The notes under the pieces were generated by a model, which was not told the origin of the DNA, did no database searches, and was given only the letters and a program-made list of their open reading frames with translations. The position numbers were made by a program, and so were the translations under genes. 64,000 nt of DNA from a virus. The stretch is from positions 32,001-96,000 of the IMG/VR virus record IMGVR_UViG_3300027815_000003. The stretch is one strand, 5' to 3'. Shown here one piece after another: positions 49,635 through 60,081 of this stretch; position 1 is the first letter of the stretch, and each line of letters begins with the position of its first letter.

Positions 49635-50366
49635 TTAAAATAAAGATTCTGTATCTTCTATAGTTTCTTCATTAGTTGAATCTCTGCCTTCCTCTGTTTT
49701 CTTTGAAGAAACCCACTCCACCAAATGTTCTTTTGCATATTCAATAACAGATGGTAAATTTTTAGCTTCCCCCATTTTTTCTTCTGGGATATTAGTTTTA
49801 TCTGACGTTTCTTTCAAGGCATAAACGGTACTATCACCAGTTTTTATTTTTCTTAAACTGGTAACAATACTAGGTAAACTAAATTCCATATCAATAGAAA
49901 TTAAGCTACTTTCAAATAATCTATCTTTACCTACACCACCAAAATAAATTCTAAAATCATTTACTTCTTCACGATATCTATCTAAATTTCCACGTTTAAC
50001 TTTCTTCCATTCCTCTATTACCTTACCTTTTATTACATTTGTTTCGTGTAAAATGTAATAAACATAACACCAAAAACCTAATTGTTCTGCAACAACACCT
50101 TTTTGTTCTCTATATTCTTGTGGAATATCTTCTCTTTTTTCAACTAGAAAATATTTCTTATCATAACCATGATCATCTTTTGCACGTCTCACATAAAATG
50201 ATGCGAAATATCTATCTTCTACAACTTTACCATTTTCATCTTCTTTTTCATCTGTTAAAATACTTATTCTAGCATCATCACCATTTTTTAACCATAAATC
50301 TTTACGTTTTGTTGTTTTTGCATTTGCTCTTTCTTCAGCCTTTTGTTGTAAGTTTTTAATTCCCAT
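49635..50366 (-). CDS. probable single-stranded DNA-binding protein (gp32-like)
   Basis: LWLKNGDDARISIL N-terminus, acidic C-terminal tail ending SLF; next to primase. Confidence 0.6.
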   Translation of the reverse strand: MGIKNLQQKAEERANAKTTKRKDLWLKNGDDARISILTDEKEDENGKVVEDRYFASFYVRRAKDDHGYDKKYFLVEKREDIPQEYREQKGVVAEQLGFWCYVYYILHETNVIKGKVIEEWKKVKRGNLDRYREEVNDFRIYFGGVGKDRLFESSLISIDMEFSLPSIVTSLRKIKTGDSTVYALKETSDKTNIPEEKMGEAKNLPSVIEYAKEHLVEWVSSKKTEEGRDSTNEETIEDTESLF

Positions 50367-50388
50367 TTTTTATTTTACTCCTTCTTTC

Positions 50389-51312
50389 TTAATATACTAA
50401 TTTTCGTTTTTCAATAATATCTACTAATTGTTTTAAATCTCTTATGTCTTGTACATCTTTTTTATCTTCTGGTAAATCTATTACACTTAATAAACCATAT
50501 TTTTTCATTTTTGATATAAAACCAGGATGATATTGTTTTTGTTTATCTCTATAACCATAAATACCAGTTCTCCCTGCTTTATCATTATCCAGGCATATAA
50601 TATATTCCCCCTTTTGTAAATTTATTAATCTTCTTTGTTGAGTTTCCGAAAGTTGCATTCCTAAAATTGCAACTGCATTATATCCGTGCTGGTCTAACCA
50701 AATTGCATCTAGTGGCCCTTCACAGACACAAACAAAATTTTGTTCTTTTCTTAGTAAGTGTTCCCCAAACAATACTTTTGATTTCTCAAATCCAACAGGT
50801 GAATATAAATACTTAGGTTCTATACCGTTTGGCCTTCTTGAAACCCAACCGACAATTCTTTTGTTAGAATCTCTTATAGGAAGTATCAAAGAACCAGTTG
50901 ATGTATTATAGCACATCTCAAATCGTTTGTCAATATAACCTTTGGTAAAGCCCCTTTCATATATAAATTCTGGGGCATCTCCTGTTATTTGAAACGGGAA
51001 TTTTACTTCTGGTAATTGAATATTAATATCTTCTACTTCTTTATAGTTATCTTCTTTTATATCAAATAAACTTTCTGGTTGGATATTTTGAAAATCATTA
51101 CCAATCTTAAAACCAAGTCTTATAGCAAGTTGTTCTAAAGTTCCTCCTCCACAAACGAAACAATTATATAAATTTTTATCTATATTTATAGAACATGATG
51201 GATTATTATCCTCATGTTCTGGAAAAGGACACCGACACAATATTTCATTATTTGTAATATTAACAATTTCAATTCCCATAGATACAATAAATTCTATTTT
51301 ACTATTATTCAT
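50389..51312 (-). CDS. dnaG: DNA primase (CHC2 zinc finger + TOPRIM)
   Basis: CPFPEHED..CFVC, VCEGPLDA, LDNDKAG. Confidence 0.9.
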   Translation of the reverse strand: MNNSKIEFIVSMGIEIVNITNNEILCRCPFPEHEDNNPSCSINIDKNLYNCFVCGGGTLEQLAIRLGFKIGNDFQNIQPESLFDIKEDNYKEVEDINIQLPEVKFPFQITGDAPEFIYERGFTKGYIDKRFEMCYNTSTGSLILPIRDSNKRIVGWVSRRPNGIEPKYLYSPVGFEKSKVLFGEHLLRKEQNFVCVCEGPLDAIWLDQHGYNAVAILGMQLSETQQRRLINLQKGEYIICLDNDKAGRTGIYGYRDKQKQYHPGFISKMKKYGLLSVIDLPEDKKDVQDIRDLKQLVDIIEKRKLVY

Positions 51313-52234
51313 ATATAAAATCTAATATTATTCCACTATCAAATCTACCAATAACAGATATTTTATTAAAAAAAATAAAAATATTGTTTTGTAATTTATA
51401 TTTTAAAAGCTCTAATATCTTTTCTTTATCTATATTTTTATAAATTTCTCTAAGAATAAATCTCAAATTGGTAACAGTTATTCTTATTTCATTCCATCCC
51501 AACAAATTTATATCTTCTTTACGTTTTTTATCATGCAAAATATGTTTTTCATCTAAATGAAATTTTCCGTCAATTTCAACATAAAAATTATATTTTAAAA
51601 AAGCAAAATCCAACGAATATCTTAATAAATGATACTCTCTTGTAAAATCAATATTTTCTTGTAACCCCAAATCAGTCAAAAAATTTTTAAATAGGTTTTC
51701 TGGATATGAACCTTCTTTGGCCTGTCTTGTTAATTGCCATCCTATTTTACCCTCTTCTAACATTTTTATTGTCATATCACGATTTTTTAATGCCATATCC
51801 CCACTTAGCATAAACTCTCTTTGTTTTTGTTTCCATTCTTCTGTATGTCTTTTGCCATACATAGGATTTTTACTACCCAGTTTAGATTCAGAACTTTTCT
51901 TTTTTGTCTCTTCTGTTATATTTCTTACTTTTGCATTATGCCCTTTTACAAATCTTTCGTTTTTTGTTAATTCTTTGCAACCACATTCACAAGGATGTTC
52001 AATTAATTTTACACTCTCTCTTAACCATTTGTGATAATGTTTTTTATTTAAAAATCTAGCATTAACCTTTGTTATTGATCTTTCTCCACAACCACACAAA
52101 CAACAAAACTCCTTACTTTCTTTATTTTGATAAGAACATTCTTTACATAAGTTTTTTAATCCATCTTTTTTATTTTTATGTTTATAAAATTCACTTTCAT
52201 CTTTTTTAATTTTACATTTACTACAAACTTTCAT
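51305..52234 (-). CDS. cassette 3 endonuclease: Cys repeats + DUF559 domain
   Basis: MKVCSKCKIKKDESEF, CECGC, RYSLDFAF..VEIDGKFH. Confidence 0.85.
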   Translation of the reverse strand: MKVCSKCKIKKDESEFYKHKNKKDGLKNLCKECSYQNKESKEFCCLCGCGERSITKVNARFLNKKHYHKWLRESVKLIEHPCECGCKELTKNERFVKGHNAKVRNITEETKKKSSESKLGSKNPMYGKRHTEEWKQKQREFMLSGDMALKNRDMTIKMLEEGKIGWQLTRQAKEGSYPENLFKNFLTDLGLQENIDFTREYHLLRYSLDFAFLKYNFYVEIDGKFHLDEKHILHDKKRKEDINLLGWNEIRITVTNLRFILREIYKNIDKEKILELLKYKLQNNIFIFFNKISVIGRFDSGIILDFIYE

Positions 52235-52326
52235 TTTTGATATAACTCCTTGTAATTTTTTATTACAATTACATTATATCATATTATATGTTAGTATATG
52301 ATACTTTTTAGATAATATATAAAAGT

Positions 52327-52482
52327 TCAATGAGATTTATGTTTTACAATCAAATCTTCTATAGCTTCGTCTAAAAATTTTGAAACTGGAATTCTGGTCA
52401 TTTTTGAAAGTTCACGAAGATCAGTAACAATCTTAGTATTAATTGTACTACAAAGCCTAGTTCTGTTTTTTAGTTTATTCAT
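52327..52482 (-). CDS. cassette 3 ribbon-helix-helix protein (51 aa), not in ORF track
   Basis: MNKLKNRTRLCSTINTKIVTDLRELSKMTRIPVSKFLDEAIEDLIVKHKSH. Confidence 0.88.
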   Translation of the reverse strand: MNKLKNRTRLCSTINTKIVTDLRELSKMTRIPVSKFLDEAIEDLIVKHKSH

Positions 52483-53775
52483 TTAAAATTCCTCTTCAGG
52501 TTTTTCTTCTATTATGCCTTCATTAACATTAAATTTTAAATAAGTTACATCATTAGGAGTTTCACGCTTGTTGAACTTAGCCTCTCTACTTCTCGCCGTT
52601 TGAAATTGTACCAACCTTTCGTCCGTCCCATCCACCAAACAGGCAGAAAACAGCATGTCACAAGATTGTAATGCACCATCACTAAAAGAAACATCACTTA
52701 CGGTTGGCGGAATAAATAAATCATTAGCATTTCTATTAGCTTGTGTTGTAACTAAAGCAACAATATTTTTAGAGAGGCAAATATTCTTTACACCATAAAA
52801 TAAACTTGTCATTTTCTCCCAGACACTTTTTTCACCAGAACCAAAAAGTTGTATTGCATCTATCACGACAAAACTTGGGGAATATTTTGATATAAGATTT
52901 CTTACGCTCCCTATATTAAATGTATCTTCTCTTAAATGATCGCAAGCAAACATGTTCTTTTTATCATATTCTTTTAGAAATCTTTTATATTCCGTTTCTT
53001 CTTCTCTAGAGAGAGTTCCATTTTCTATTCCATTGTAAGAAAATTTATAACCAGCAGAATTACCAGCTATTACCTCTGTTCTTGTTTTTATTTGTCTAAG
53101 TGGCATTTCTGCAGAAATAAACAAAGTTCTATACCCCGCATTTGACGCTATGACCGCACTTTTAACAGCTATCCATGTTTTACCTACTTTCGGTCTAGCA
53201 AAAAATGTAATAGATTCTCCTGGCATATACCCAGTGCCAGTGGAATTAAGACTCCTAAATATCGTTGGTATCCCGAATGTCTTAATTCCACTATTTCTTA
53301 GTTCTTTTCTCTTGCCATACTCATCATATCTATCTTCTGAACCAGAGTCAAATACTTCTATATCTTCTTGAATATCTATATTTACATTATTAAGACTATC
53401 CATTATTTTCGGAAACGCTTGAAATGGATTTTCTTTTAATAACTTTTCATTATTTTTAAACGATAACATTACTTTTCTAAATAACACTTGTTGCCCAAAT
53501 TGTTCTATTGAATAATCAAGAGAGACATCAACCGCATTTGGGTCTAATCCATATATTATTTTGCCAGTATCTTTATCTTCCTTTGTTGGAAATTTTTTAT
53601 AAAGTAATGCTCTGGGAGGGAACGACTGATTTTCTTGAAAATAATCAGATAAAAATTCAAATGCCTCACCAAACACACTAAAATCTTTTTTAGAAAATCT
53701 TACCTTTTTGTAATCCTCTAAATTATTAATGTTGAGAATTACTGCCGACTCTATATAAACATTATTATTGTCCAA
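52483..53775 (-). CDS. dnaB: DnaB-like replicative helicase
   Basis: ARPKVGKT, ISAEM, VIDAIQL, TTQANR. Confidence 0.88.
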   Translation of the reverse strand: MDNNNVYIESAVILNINNLEDYKKVRFSKKDFSVFGEAFEFLSDYFQENQSFPPRALLYKKFPTKEDKDTGKIIYGLDPNAVDVSLDYSIEQFGQQVLFRKVMLSFKNNEKLLKENPFQAFPKIMDSLNNVNIDIQEDIEVFDSGSEDRYDEYGKRKELRNSGIKTFGIPTIFRSLNSTGTGYMPGESITFFARPKVGKTWIAVKSAVIASNAGYRTLFISAEMPLRQIKTRTEVIAGNSAGYKFSYNGIENGTLSREEETEYKRFLKEYDKKNMFACDHLREDTFNIGSVRNLISKYSPSFVVIDAIQLFGSGEKSVWEKMTSLFYGVKNICLSKNIVALVTTQANRNANDLFIPPTVSDVSFSDGALQSCDMLFSACLVDGTDERLVQFQTARSREAKFNKRETPNDVTYLKFNVNEGIIEEKPEEEF

Positions 53776-54583
53776 AATTATCCACCTCTACATCAATATC
53801 ACATTCAGTTTTAAATCTTTTTTGTACAAGTTCGCAGTATGTTTTATTAATTTCTATCATAATAAAGTTTCTTCCAAGTTGCTGTGCGGCAATACCTGAT
53901 GTACCACTACCAGCAAACGGATCTAAGATAATATCTTCTCCCTCATTACTCCAGCTTTTTATATGATCTTCTGCTAACTTAACTGGGAAAGTTGCTGGAT
54001 GAGAATACGCCAGACTATTTTTCTTCTGTGAGAAGCCAGCACCAATATTATAAAGCCATACATTCCACCTAACCCCAAAATCATTATATGTTTTGCTCAT
54101 TTTTGTAGGAACAAGCGAACCATCCTTTGCTCTTTTTGTTGTTTGTCCCCAGGGTGTTTTCCATTTATTTTCCCTATCCTTAATTAGATTAACTGTTTTT
54201 GGTTTACCTTTACTAAACACAAACATATATTCCCATACCTGATAATATCTATTAGATGAAGGAAAAGCGCAAGAATTCTTCATATATATCATTGTATCGT
54301 GGATTAAAAATCCCTGTTCCTGAAAATATAATGCCTGTCTAAAAGACGTACCAGACTCTCCACCCTTTATTGTCTGGTCTGCCACAACCCAAACGATAAC
54401 TCCACCTATTTTTGTTACACGATATAATTGTTTTACCAATCCCTCAAAATCAAAAATACTGTTATATGCCCCATCTCTTATAAGGTCGTATGGAGGACTT
54501 GTAACAGTTAAATCAATACAATTATCTGGAAGGGTTTTTAATACTTTAACATTATCGCCACAAATTATTTTATTAACTTCCAT
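53765..54583 (-). CDS. N4-C/N6-A DNA methyltransferase
   Basis: TSPPY, HPATFP, LDPFAGSGT. Confidence 0.9.
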   Translation of the reverse strand: MEVNKIICGDNVKVLKTLPDNCIDLTVTSPPYDLIRDGAYNSIFDFEGLVKQLYRVTKIGGVIVWVVADQTIKGGESGTSFRQALYFQEQGFLIHDTMIYMKNSCAFPSSNRYYQVWEYMFVFSKGKPKTVNLIKDRENKWKTPWGQTTKRAKDGSLVPTKMSKTYNDFGVRWNVWLYNIGAGFSQKKNSLAYSHPATFPVKLAEDHIKSWSNEGEDIILDPFAGSGTSGIAAQQLGRNFIMIEINKTYCELVQKRFKTECDIDVEVDNFGQ

Positions 54584-55016
54584 ATTCCTTTTCTATCCAT
54601 TCCTCAATTTCTTTTATTAATTGTTTTTGTCTTTTCTGTGTTTCTATATCTGGAACCCATTTTGAGAAACAAAGAGTAAGATGTAACCAATTTTTCTTTT
54701 GTTTCTCATCCCCAAAATGTCCCACGTAAAACTGTAATTTTGAATAATCAGAAAATTTTGGATTATACTTTTGAAAATTTTGTACAAAATATCTTATATC
54801 TCTTACGTTTTTATTTATTGCATCATCTATAGATAATAGAATAACATAAATATCTGCCATCTCAAATAATGCTTTTATTAAAGCTAACTCATTACCACCT
54901 GTACTGTGAACTTGATAGTGTGTTTTATTTTTTCCAAAATATACCTCACACCAATAGTTTCGTATATCTGTGCTTTTATATTCTTCGTATTTTTTAGTTT
55001 TTATCATTTTTCTCAA
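54573..55016 (-). CDS. hypothetical protein
   Basis: ORF track. Confidence 0.55.
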   Translation of the reverse strand: MRKMIKTKKYEEYKSTDIRNYWCEVYFGKNKTHYQVHSTGGNELALIKALFEMADIYVILLSIDDAINKNVRDIRYFVQNFQKYNPKFSDYSKLQFYVGHFGDEKQKKNWLHLTLCFSKWVPDIETQKRQKQLIKEIEEWIEKEYGS

Positions 55017-55710
55017 TAATAATTATTTCATCTTTAGGATTTATTTCAACCGCTCTAGTTAACCCATAATTTACTTTACTTTCTTGTTTCTTAAAAATCA
55101 AAAAATAACTATGATATTTTCTTGCATGTTGTTGGATGTTGCTGTTTGACCCTATGATACGAGTTTTCGCCAATAGAATAAATAAATCTTTTGGATAAAA
55201 ACCTATCTCATTTGCCATATTTACTATTTCAATATGTGATAAACATTGTTTACCACCATCAACTGTATCTTGACATTTAAAAACTAATATCCCATTTGGC
55301 TTTAATATTCTATAAAATTCACCTAAAGAATCATAATAAAAATCCCATAAATCATGTTGTATATTTTTAAAATAACCAAATCTTTTTTTTATTATTCCTG
55401 TTGGTTCTTTATTATCTGCTGGAATACCAGCTAAAAATGGTGGATCAAACATAATGGTAGAAATAGAATTATTTTCTAATAACAACTTTCTACAATCTGC
55501 TTGTATAGTATCTTCTGTTTGTGGCTTTAAATCAAATTTATATTTTGGCTGTTGTATATTTTTGTAAAAATAACCCTTACTGTATGTTGGGTCTAATTCA
55601 AAACCATTTGGACAATACAGTTTAATAATCCAATTTAATATTTCATCTTGATCATAAGATATAGATTTTATTATATTAGCATTAGTCAACCTATCCATCA
55701 AATTCCCCAT
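54994..55710 (-). CDS. DNA adenine methyltransferase-like
   Basis: LDPTYSKG, FDPPF, ILKPNGILVFK. Confidence 0.8.
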   Translation of the reverse strand: MGNLMDRLTNANIIKSISYDQDEILNWIIKLYCPNGFELDPTYSKGYFYKNIQQPKYKFDLKPQTEDTIQADCRKLLLENNSISTIMFDPPFLAGIPADNKEPTGIIKKRFGYFKNIQHDLWDFYYDSLGEFYRILKPNGILVFKCQDTVDGGKQCLSHIEIVNMANEIGFYPKDLFILLAKTRIIGSNSNIQQHARKYHSYFLIFKKQESKVNYGLTRAVEINPKDEIIIIEKNDKN

Positions 55711-57283
55711 AAATCAATCTCTCAAAATCTTTCTTAGATAATTTAGCTAGACTCATACAAATATCCCCATTGATAAATTCCTTAACAAATTTATCTCTAT
55801 TGGTATAAATTTGCATTATTCCTTCATCTATACTATTTTTATAATAGGGTTCTACAATATAGGTATCTCTATTACGCCACATTCTTCTTAATCTTCCGTT
55901 TCTTTGATTCATAGTGGCTGGATTATAGAAATACCCAAAATGAATAATATAATCTGCACTTGTAAAATTTACACCAAATCTACCAGCATCAGTACAGACT
56001 ATTGGTTTGTTATCATTATCAAACTTCTTAATAGTCTCAAATCTTTCTTTACTATCCACATCACTTGTAATTTTATATGGTGTATCTAAATATTTACAAA
56101 GTAAATCTGCACTATCTTTAAAGTAAGTAAAAATAACGACCCTTCCTTTATCTTTTATAAATTCTCTTAACCATTGTAATTTTTGGCTTTCAAAGTTAAA
56201 CCCAAGTATTTCTGGAAATTCCACAAATTGTCTAAGCCTTATTGTCTTTTCTAACGCTGTTTTTAAACTAAATTTACTATTAGATTTTAACCAATCCATA
56301 AACTCTCTTACAATTGCATTATACGCTTGTTGATGTTGTTTGTCAAACACTATTTCCACTGGGATATGTTTTTGTGGTAATAAATTAGGTGCGACTTCAT
56401 CTTCTGTTCTTCTAAGTAAAAATGGAGAAGTTAATTGATGTAATTCATCTAGATTTTTATATCCAACTATACCTCCCCAAAAATCTAATTCACAATATCT
56501 ATATTTAAATTGATAAGCAGATGGAAGTAAATCCTTTCTCACCCACTCCATCATTGATTGGAACTCCATCAAATTGTTTTCAATATAATATCCAGAAAGA
56601 CCAAATTTATAATCAGCTTCTAGTTTTTTTGCCTTCTTAGTTCTTTCGGCTTTACCAGTTTTTAAAAATGTCGCTTCATCGGCAATAATAATATCCCAAT
56701 CTTTAGGGTAGATATCTTTATCGTTTCTTAAAATATCATAAGTGGCAATAGTAAATTGAGATTTAGTTTTCCACAATATTTCTCTTTTCTTTCTTATCCC
56801 ATCTATTACCAAAGGTTCTATATTATAATGTTTTTTAAATTCATTTTCCCAATTATATCTAAGGGAACTAGGACAAAGTATCAGGCATTTTTCTGGTGTT
56901 TTTTCTTTAGCAGCAGTAATTGCCTGGAGACTTTTTCCAACACCCAATCCATCCGCTAATAATGCCTTTTTAGCTGTTTTTAAATAATCAGCACCCACTC
57001 TTTGATGAGGTAAAAGAAAATTATTTGATTCACCCTTTTTAAACTTATAGTCAACTAAAGACAATAAAGCTCTATTTATTTTATCTCTTTGGAATTTTGC
57101 TTCTTCTGTCCATTCAGAATTTTTTAGATTCTCTAAAGTTTTTACAGTTAATTGTGGTACTTTCCAAACCTTTTCTTTTTTATCAAATTCCCTTACTGGA
57201 AGATTTCTTACTATTTCTAAATCTTGTTCGTTATAGGAAAAAGAAAGTAAAAATTTACCATCTTTATGTGATATTGTTATCAT
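55691..57283 (-). CDS. SNF2-family helicase
   Basis: ADGLGVGKS, IADEAT, FLLRRT, GVNFT..NQRNGRLRR. Confidence 0.88.
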   Translation of the reverse strand: MITISHKDGKFLLSFSYNEQDLEIVRNLPVREFDKKEKVWKVPQLTVKTLENLKNSEWTEEAKFQRDKINRALLSLVDYKFKKGESNNFLLPHQRVGADYLKTAKKALLADGLGVGKSLQAITAAKEKTPEKCLILCPSSLRYNWENEFKKHYNIEPLVIDGIRKKREILWKTKSQFTIATYDILRNDKDIYPKDWDIIIADEATFLKTGKAERTKKAKKLEADYKFGLSGYYIENNLMEFQSMMEWVRKDLLPSAYQFKYRYCELDFWGGIVGYKNLDELHQLTSPFLLRRTEDEVAPNLLPQKHIPVEIVFDKQHQQAYNAIVREFMDWLKSNSKFSLKTALEKTIRLRQFVEFPEILGFNFESQKLQWLREFIKDKGRVVIFTYFKDSADLLCKYLDTPYKITSDVDSKERFETIKKFDNDNKPIVCTDAGRFGVNFTSADYIIHFGYFYNPATMNQRNGRLRRMWRNRDTYIVEPYYKNSIDEGIMQIYTNRDKFVKEFINGDICMSLAKLSKKDFERLIYGEFDG

Positions 57284-57403
57284 TTAATTTATACAATCCA
57301 AATCTATTCTATTTTTATCTGATAATGTTAACATTTTTCTCTTTTCTAAAACAAAATCTCTAACAATTTTGTTAGAGAAAATATGTCTTTTATTTATTAT
57401 TAT

Positions 57404-57988
57404 TTATTCTTTATAAGAAAGTTCTGGTGTTACAAACCAACCATTTCTGTTAGAGTTTCTAATTATAGAAACCTTATCTTTTAAGTCGTTATTAAAAGAT
57501 ATATAAATTGGAGATAAATTATATTTCTCTTGATCTTTTTGAACTCTATTTAGTTCATATTTAGAACTAATATTAAATAAAAAATGCGCTCTTTTGTATT
57601 CTGAAAGAACTTTATATTCCTTTAAAGTTTCATCAAACTTACGTCTTTTATCGGTGTTAAGTATAACACAAAAGTTAACGTGTGTCAAGTCAGATAAGCC
57701 TTTAGGTGAAATAGTTCCGTCTGTCTCTATTTCTACTATATATGGTAAATAACGAACTAAAGAAATAAGCTCATTTTTAAATGACATACAAGAACCAGTG
57801 ATTAAAAGATAATCACAAAGATAAATATCTCTATTTAATAATGATATAATTTTTTCTATATTTCTATCTATTCCATCTTCTCCGATATCTAACTTTATAA
57901 TTGGTCTACCATATTGTATTCCTTTTGTTTTTATTGATTCTTGGATATTATTAACTTTCAATGTATTATATTTATAACCTCTCAACAT
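57404..57988 (-). CDS. degenerate QueE/radical-SAM-like protein lacking CxxxCxxC
   Basis: KVNNIQESI..GRP, LITGS, VEIETDGT echo QueE motifs; the 4Fe-4S motif is absent. Confidence 0.5.
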   Translation of the reverse strand: MLRGYKYNTLKVNNIQESIKTKGIQYGRPIIKLDIGEDGIDRNIEKIISLLNRDIYLCDYLLITGSCMSFKNELISLVRYLPYIVEIETDGTISPKGLSDLTHVNFCVILNTDKRRKFDETLKEYKVLSEYKRAHFLFNISSKYELNRVQKDQEKYNLSPIYISFNNDLKDKVSIIRNSNRNGWFVTPELSYKE

Positions 57989-58049
57989 ATACTCTTCTTA
58001 TTTGTTCCTGTTTTCTTTATTATTTATATGTTATAGACTTATTTAAGGT

Positions 58050-58400
58050 ATAAATGCCCCTTGCAAAATTTTGCAATTTATATTTAAGTATACAGGGTTA
58101 TTTAATACCCAACACCTATACGGCTGTATTTTTTATATTAGCTATGCAATATAAAGAAACCATCACCACACCCCCACAATCCCGATAAAAGGGTGTATAG
58201 AGAACATCTATTATTTAGTGTCAATGCCGCAGTGGAAATACTGCACGGAGATCGCTTCAACCTCTTTTTAAATTAGAAAAGGCGATAGTCATTAACTACG
58301 ACTGTGCAAGATTTAGTGCTAAACCAAGAAAAGCATAACACACCATTATTGTAGGCTATTTAGCCAACTAAGGAAATGGACGACCTTATTTTTTATGTTA
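58050..58400. ncRNA. hairpin-dense intergenic region: candidate large ncRNA or cis-element
   Basis: At least seven short inverted repeats and a local C-rich tract in a 460-nt gap. Confidence 0.4.
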
Positions 58401-58450
58401 ATTATTGTTCTGTGTTATTTATAAACAAATAATCTTTTTAATCTTATAAT

Positions 58451-59509
58451 TTAGCTAATTTTTATATGTTTATTTCTAATAATTGATGTACCAGGGATAT
58501 CAATTCCTTCTCTATTTTTTTCTAATATTTCTTTTTTATCTATTGTCTCATCTGTTCTAAATTCTAACAAATCTTCTGGTACTTTATTGCTTGGTATTTT
58601 TAGAATTGTTGTTTTAAAATTGCTAGGTATTTTCTGTTCATCTGAAATTTGTGATAAATAAATAGTTGCTTTGTTTAATAAAATAATAGAGTCGTTAAAA
58701 AGACCAATTCCCGTATTACATTTCCGACATAATAAACCTCGTATTTTACCAGTTAAATGATCATGATCTACACAAATTTTTGTTTTTTGAAAACTTATAT
58801 TACATATTTTACATGAATTATTTTGTAAAATTAATATATCGTTGTATTTTTTAATATCTAGATTATACAAATATTTCAATGAACGTTCTTTATTTTGTTT
58901 TTTATATTCTTGTGTTGTTGTTGATTCTTTAATTTGTTGTTTATGTGACTCTCTATATTTTTTACTATAATTTTTAATACGTTCTTTATTATTTTTTCTA
59001 TATTTTGTTTTTATATCTCTATCACATATTTTACAATATCTAGATAGATTATCTTTACTTGTAGACGAAGTATAAAATTCATTTTTGCTTTTTTTAATAA
59101 GACATTTTATACAAATTTTATATTCTGTTATTTCTTTTATTGTGTTTTTTAATTTTTCTCTATCTTTTGTCTGACATTCTTTACAATGACTTTGTAAACC
59201 ACTTTTTATTCCATTTCTTTTATTAAATTTATCTATTGATTTTTCGGTTTTACAACTTGGGCATAATTTAACTTTATCTCCAAATTTATTAATTTTAATA
59301 CATATTTTTGCATTGTGCCCTTTGACAAATTTTTTATTTGTTGTTAACTTTCCACACCCACATTCGCAAAAATGATACAAACCTCTTTTATTTTCAGAAA
59401 TTAGACGAAAACAACTTTTACACCATCCTTGTAATCCATTTTTACTACCTTTATCTTTACAAAACTCGTTTTCGTCTTTTTCGATTTTACATTTGGTACA
59501 TATTTTCAT
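58451..59509 (-). CDS. cassette 4 endonuclease: Cys repeats + EndoVII HNH, fused to a Gp157-like C-terminus
   Basis: MKICTKCKIEKDENEF; CVDHDHLTGKIRGLLCRKCN; tail ISDEQKIP..IDKKEILE..GIDIPGTSII. Confidence 0.85.
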   Translation of the reverse strand: MKICTKCKIEKDENEFCKDKGSKNGLQGWCKSCFRLISENKRGLYHFCECGCGKLTTNKKFVKGHNAKICIKINKFGDKVKLCPSCKTEKSIDKFNKRNGIKSGLQSHCKECQTKDREKLKNTIKEITEYKICIKCLIKKSKNEFYTSSTSKDNLSRYCKICDRDIKTKYRKNNKERIKNYSKKYRESHKQQIKESTTTQEYKKQNKERSLKYLYNLDIKKYNDILILQNNSCKICNISFQKTKICVDHDHLTGKIRGLLCRKCNTGIGLFNDSIILLNKATIYLSQISDEQKIPSNFKTTILKIPSNKVPEDLLEFRTDETIDKKEILEKNREGIDIPGTSIIRNKHIKIS

Positions 59510-59565
59510 GTTTTATTTTCTCCTTACATATATTATACCACACTTTTTATATAAGGAGAACTATT

Positions 59566-59718
59566 TTATTGATATTTTTGTACTAAATCAAAAACCGCCT
59601 CATCTAAAAGTTTTGACATAGGTGTTTTTAATTGTTTTGATAATTGTTTAAGAAAATAAATAGTTCGTTTATCTAAAGAACTACTAATTCTAATTCTGTT
59701 TTTAAGATCATTTGGCAT
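59566..59718 (-). CDS. cassette 4 ribbon-helix-helix protein (50 aa; start at MPND)
   Basis: MPNDLKNRIRISSSLDKRTIYFLKQLSKQLKTPMSKLLDEAVFDLVQKYQ; aligns end to end with the other four copies. Confidence 0.88.
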   Translation of the reverse strand: MPNDLKNRIRISSSLDKRTIYFLKQLSKQLKTPMSKLLDEAVFDLVQKYQ

Positions 59719-59827
59719 TTTCAAACTCGTCTTGTAAATTTTGTAAAGATTCTTCAAATCCTTCTCCATTACTAGATAATTCTGAAATCACTCTATAGGC
59801 TTCCGAAAGTTCAAACAGTCTTGTCAT
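59708..59827 (-). pseudogene. N-terminal fragment of Gp157-like gene
   Basis: MTRLFELSEAYRVISELSSNGEGFEESLQNLQDEFENAK*, translationally coupled to upstream stop. Confidence 0.7.
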
Positions 59828-60078
59828 TATTTTCCTTTCTTTTCTCTTTTTCTATCTATAAAAATAGCTAAAGCAAAAGCAGCATTAGCTAAATCTAAAG
59901 ATTCTAGATATATTTTATCTAAATCTTGTTTTTTTATTACTATTTCTTGTTTTAGTTCATCAAACTCTTCTAAAATTACACCTAATGCTTCGTGTGTAGA
60001 ATTATATATGGTTGGATATGTATTTTTTGTTTTTGCATATCTTTCCATAAAATCTTGAATAGCTTTATTTTCAGACAT
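59827..60078 (-). CDS. MazG-like helical protein
   Basis: STHEALGVILEEFDEL..ESLDLA. Confidence 0.55.
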   Translation of the reverse strand: MSENKAIQDFMERYAKTKNTYPTIYNSTHEALGVILEEFDELKQEIVIKKQDLDKIYLESLDLANAAFALAIFIDRKREKKGK

Positions 60079-60081
60079 TTA

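Noticed and set aside
58245-58305. Group I intron P7-like pairing (GATCGC/GCGATAGTC)
   Set aside because: On the strand opposite to all genes, no interrupted exons, and the other core elements were not found.
59719-59769. N-terminal extension of the RHH ORF given in the track
   Set aside because: The four paralogs start at the MPND-equivalent position; this stretch is better explained as gp157 N-fragment in another frame.
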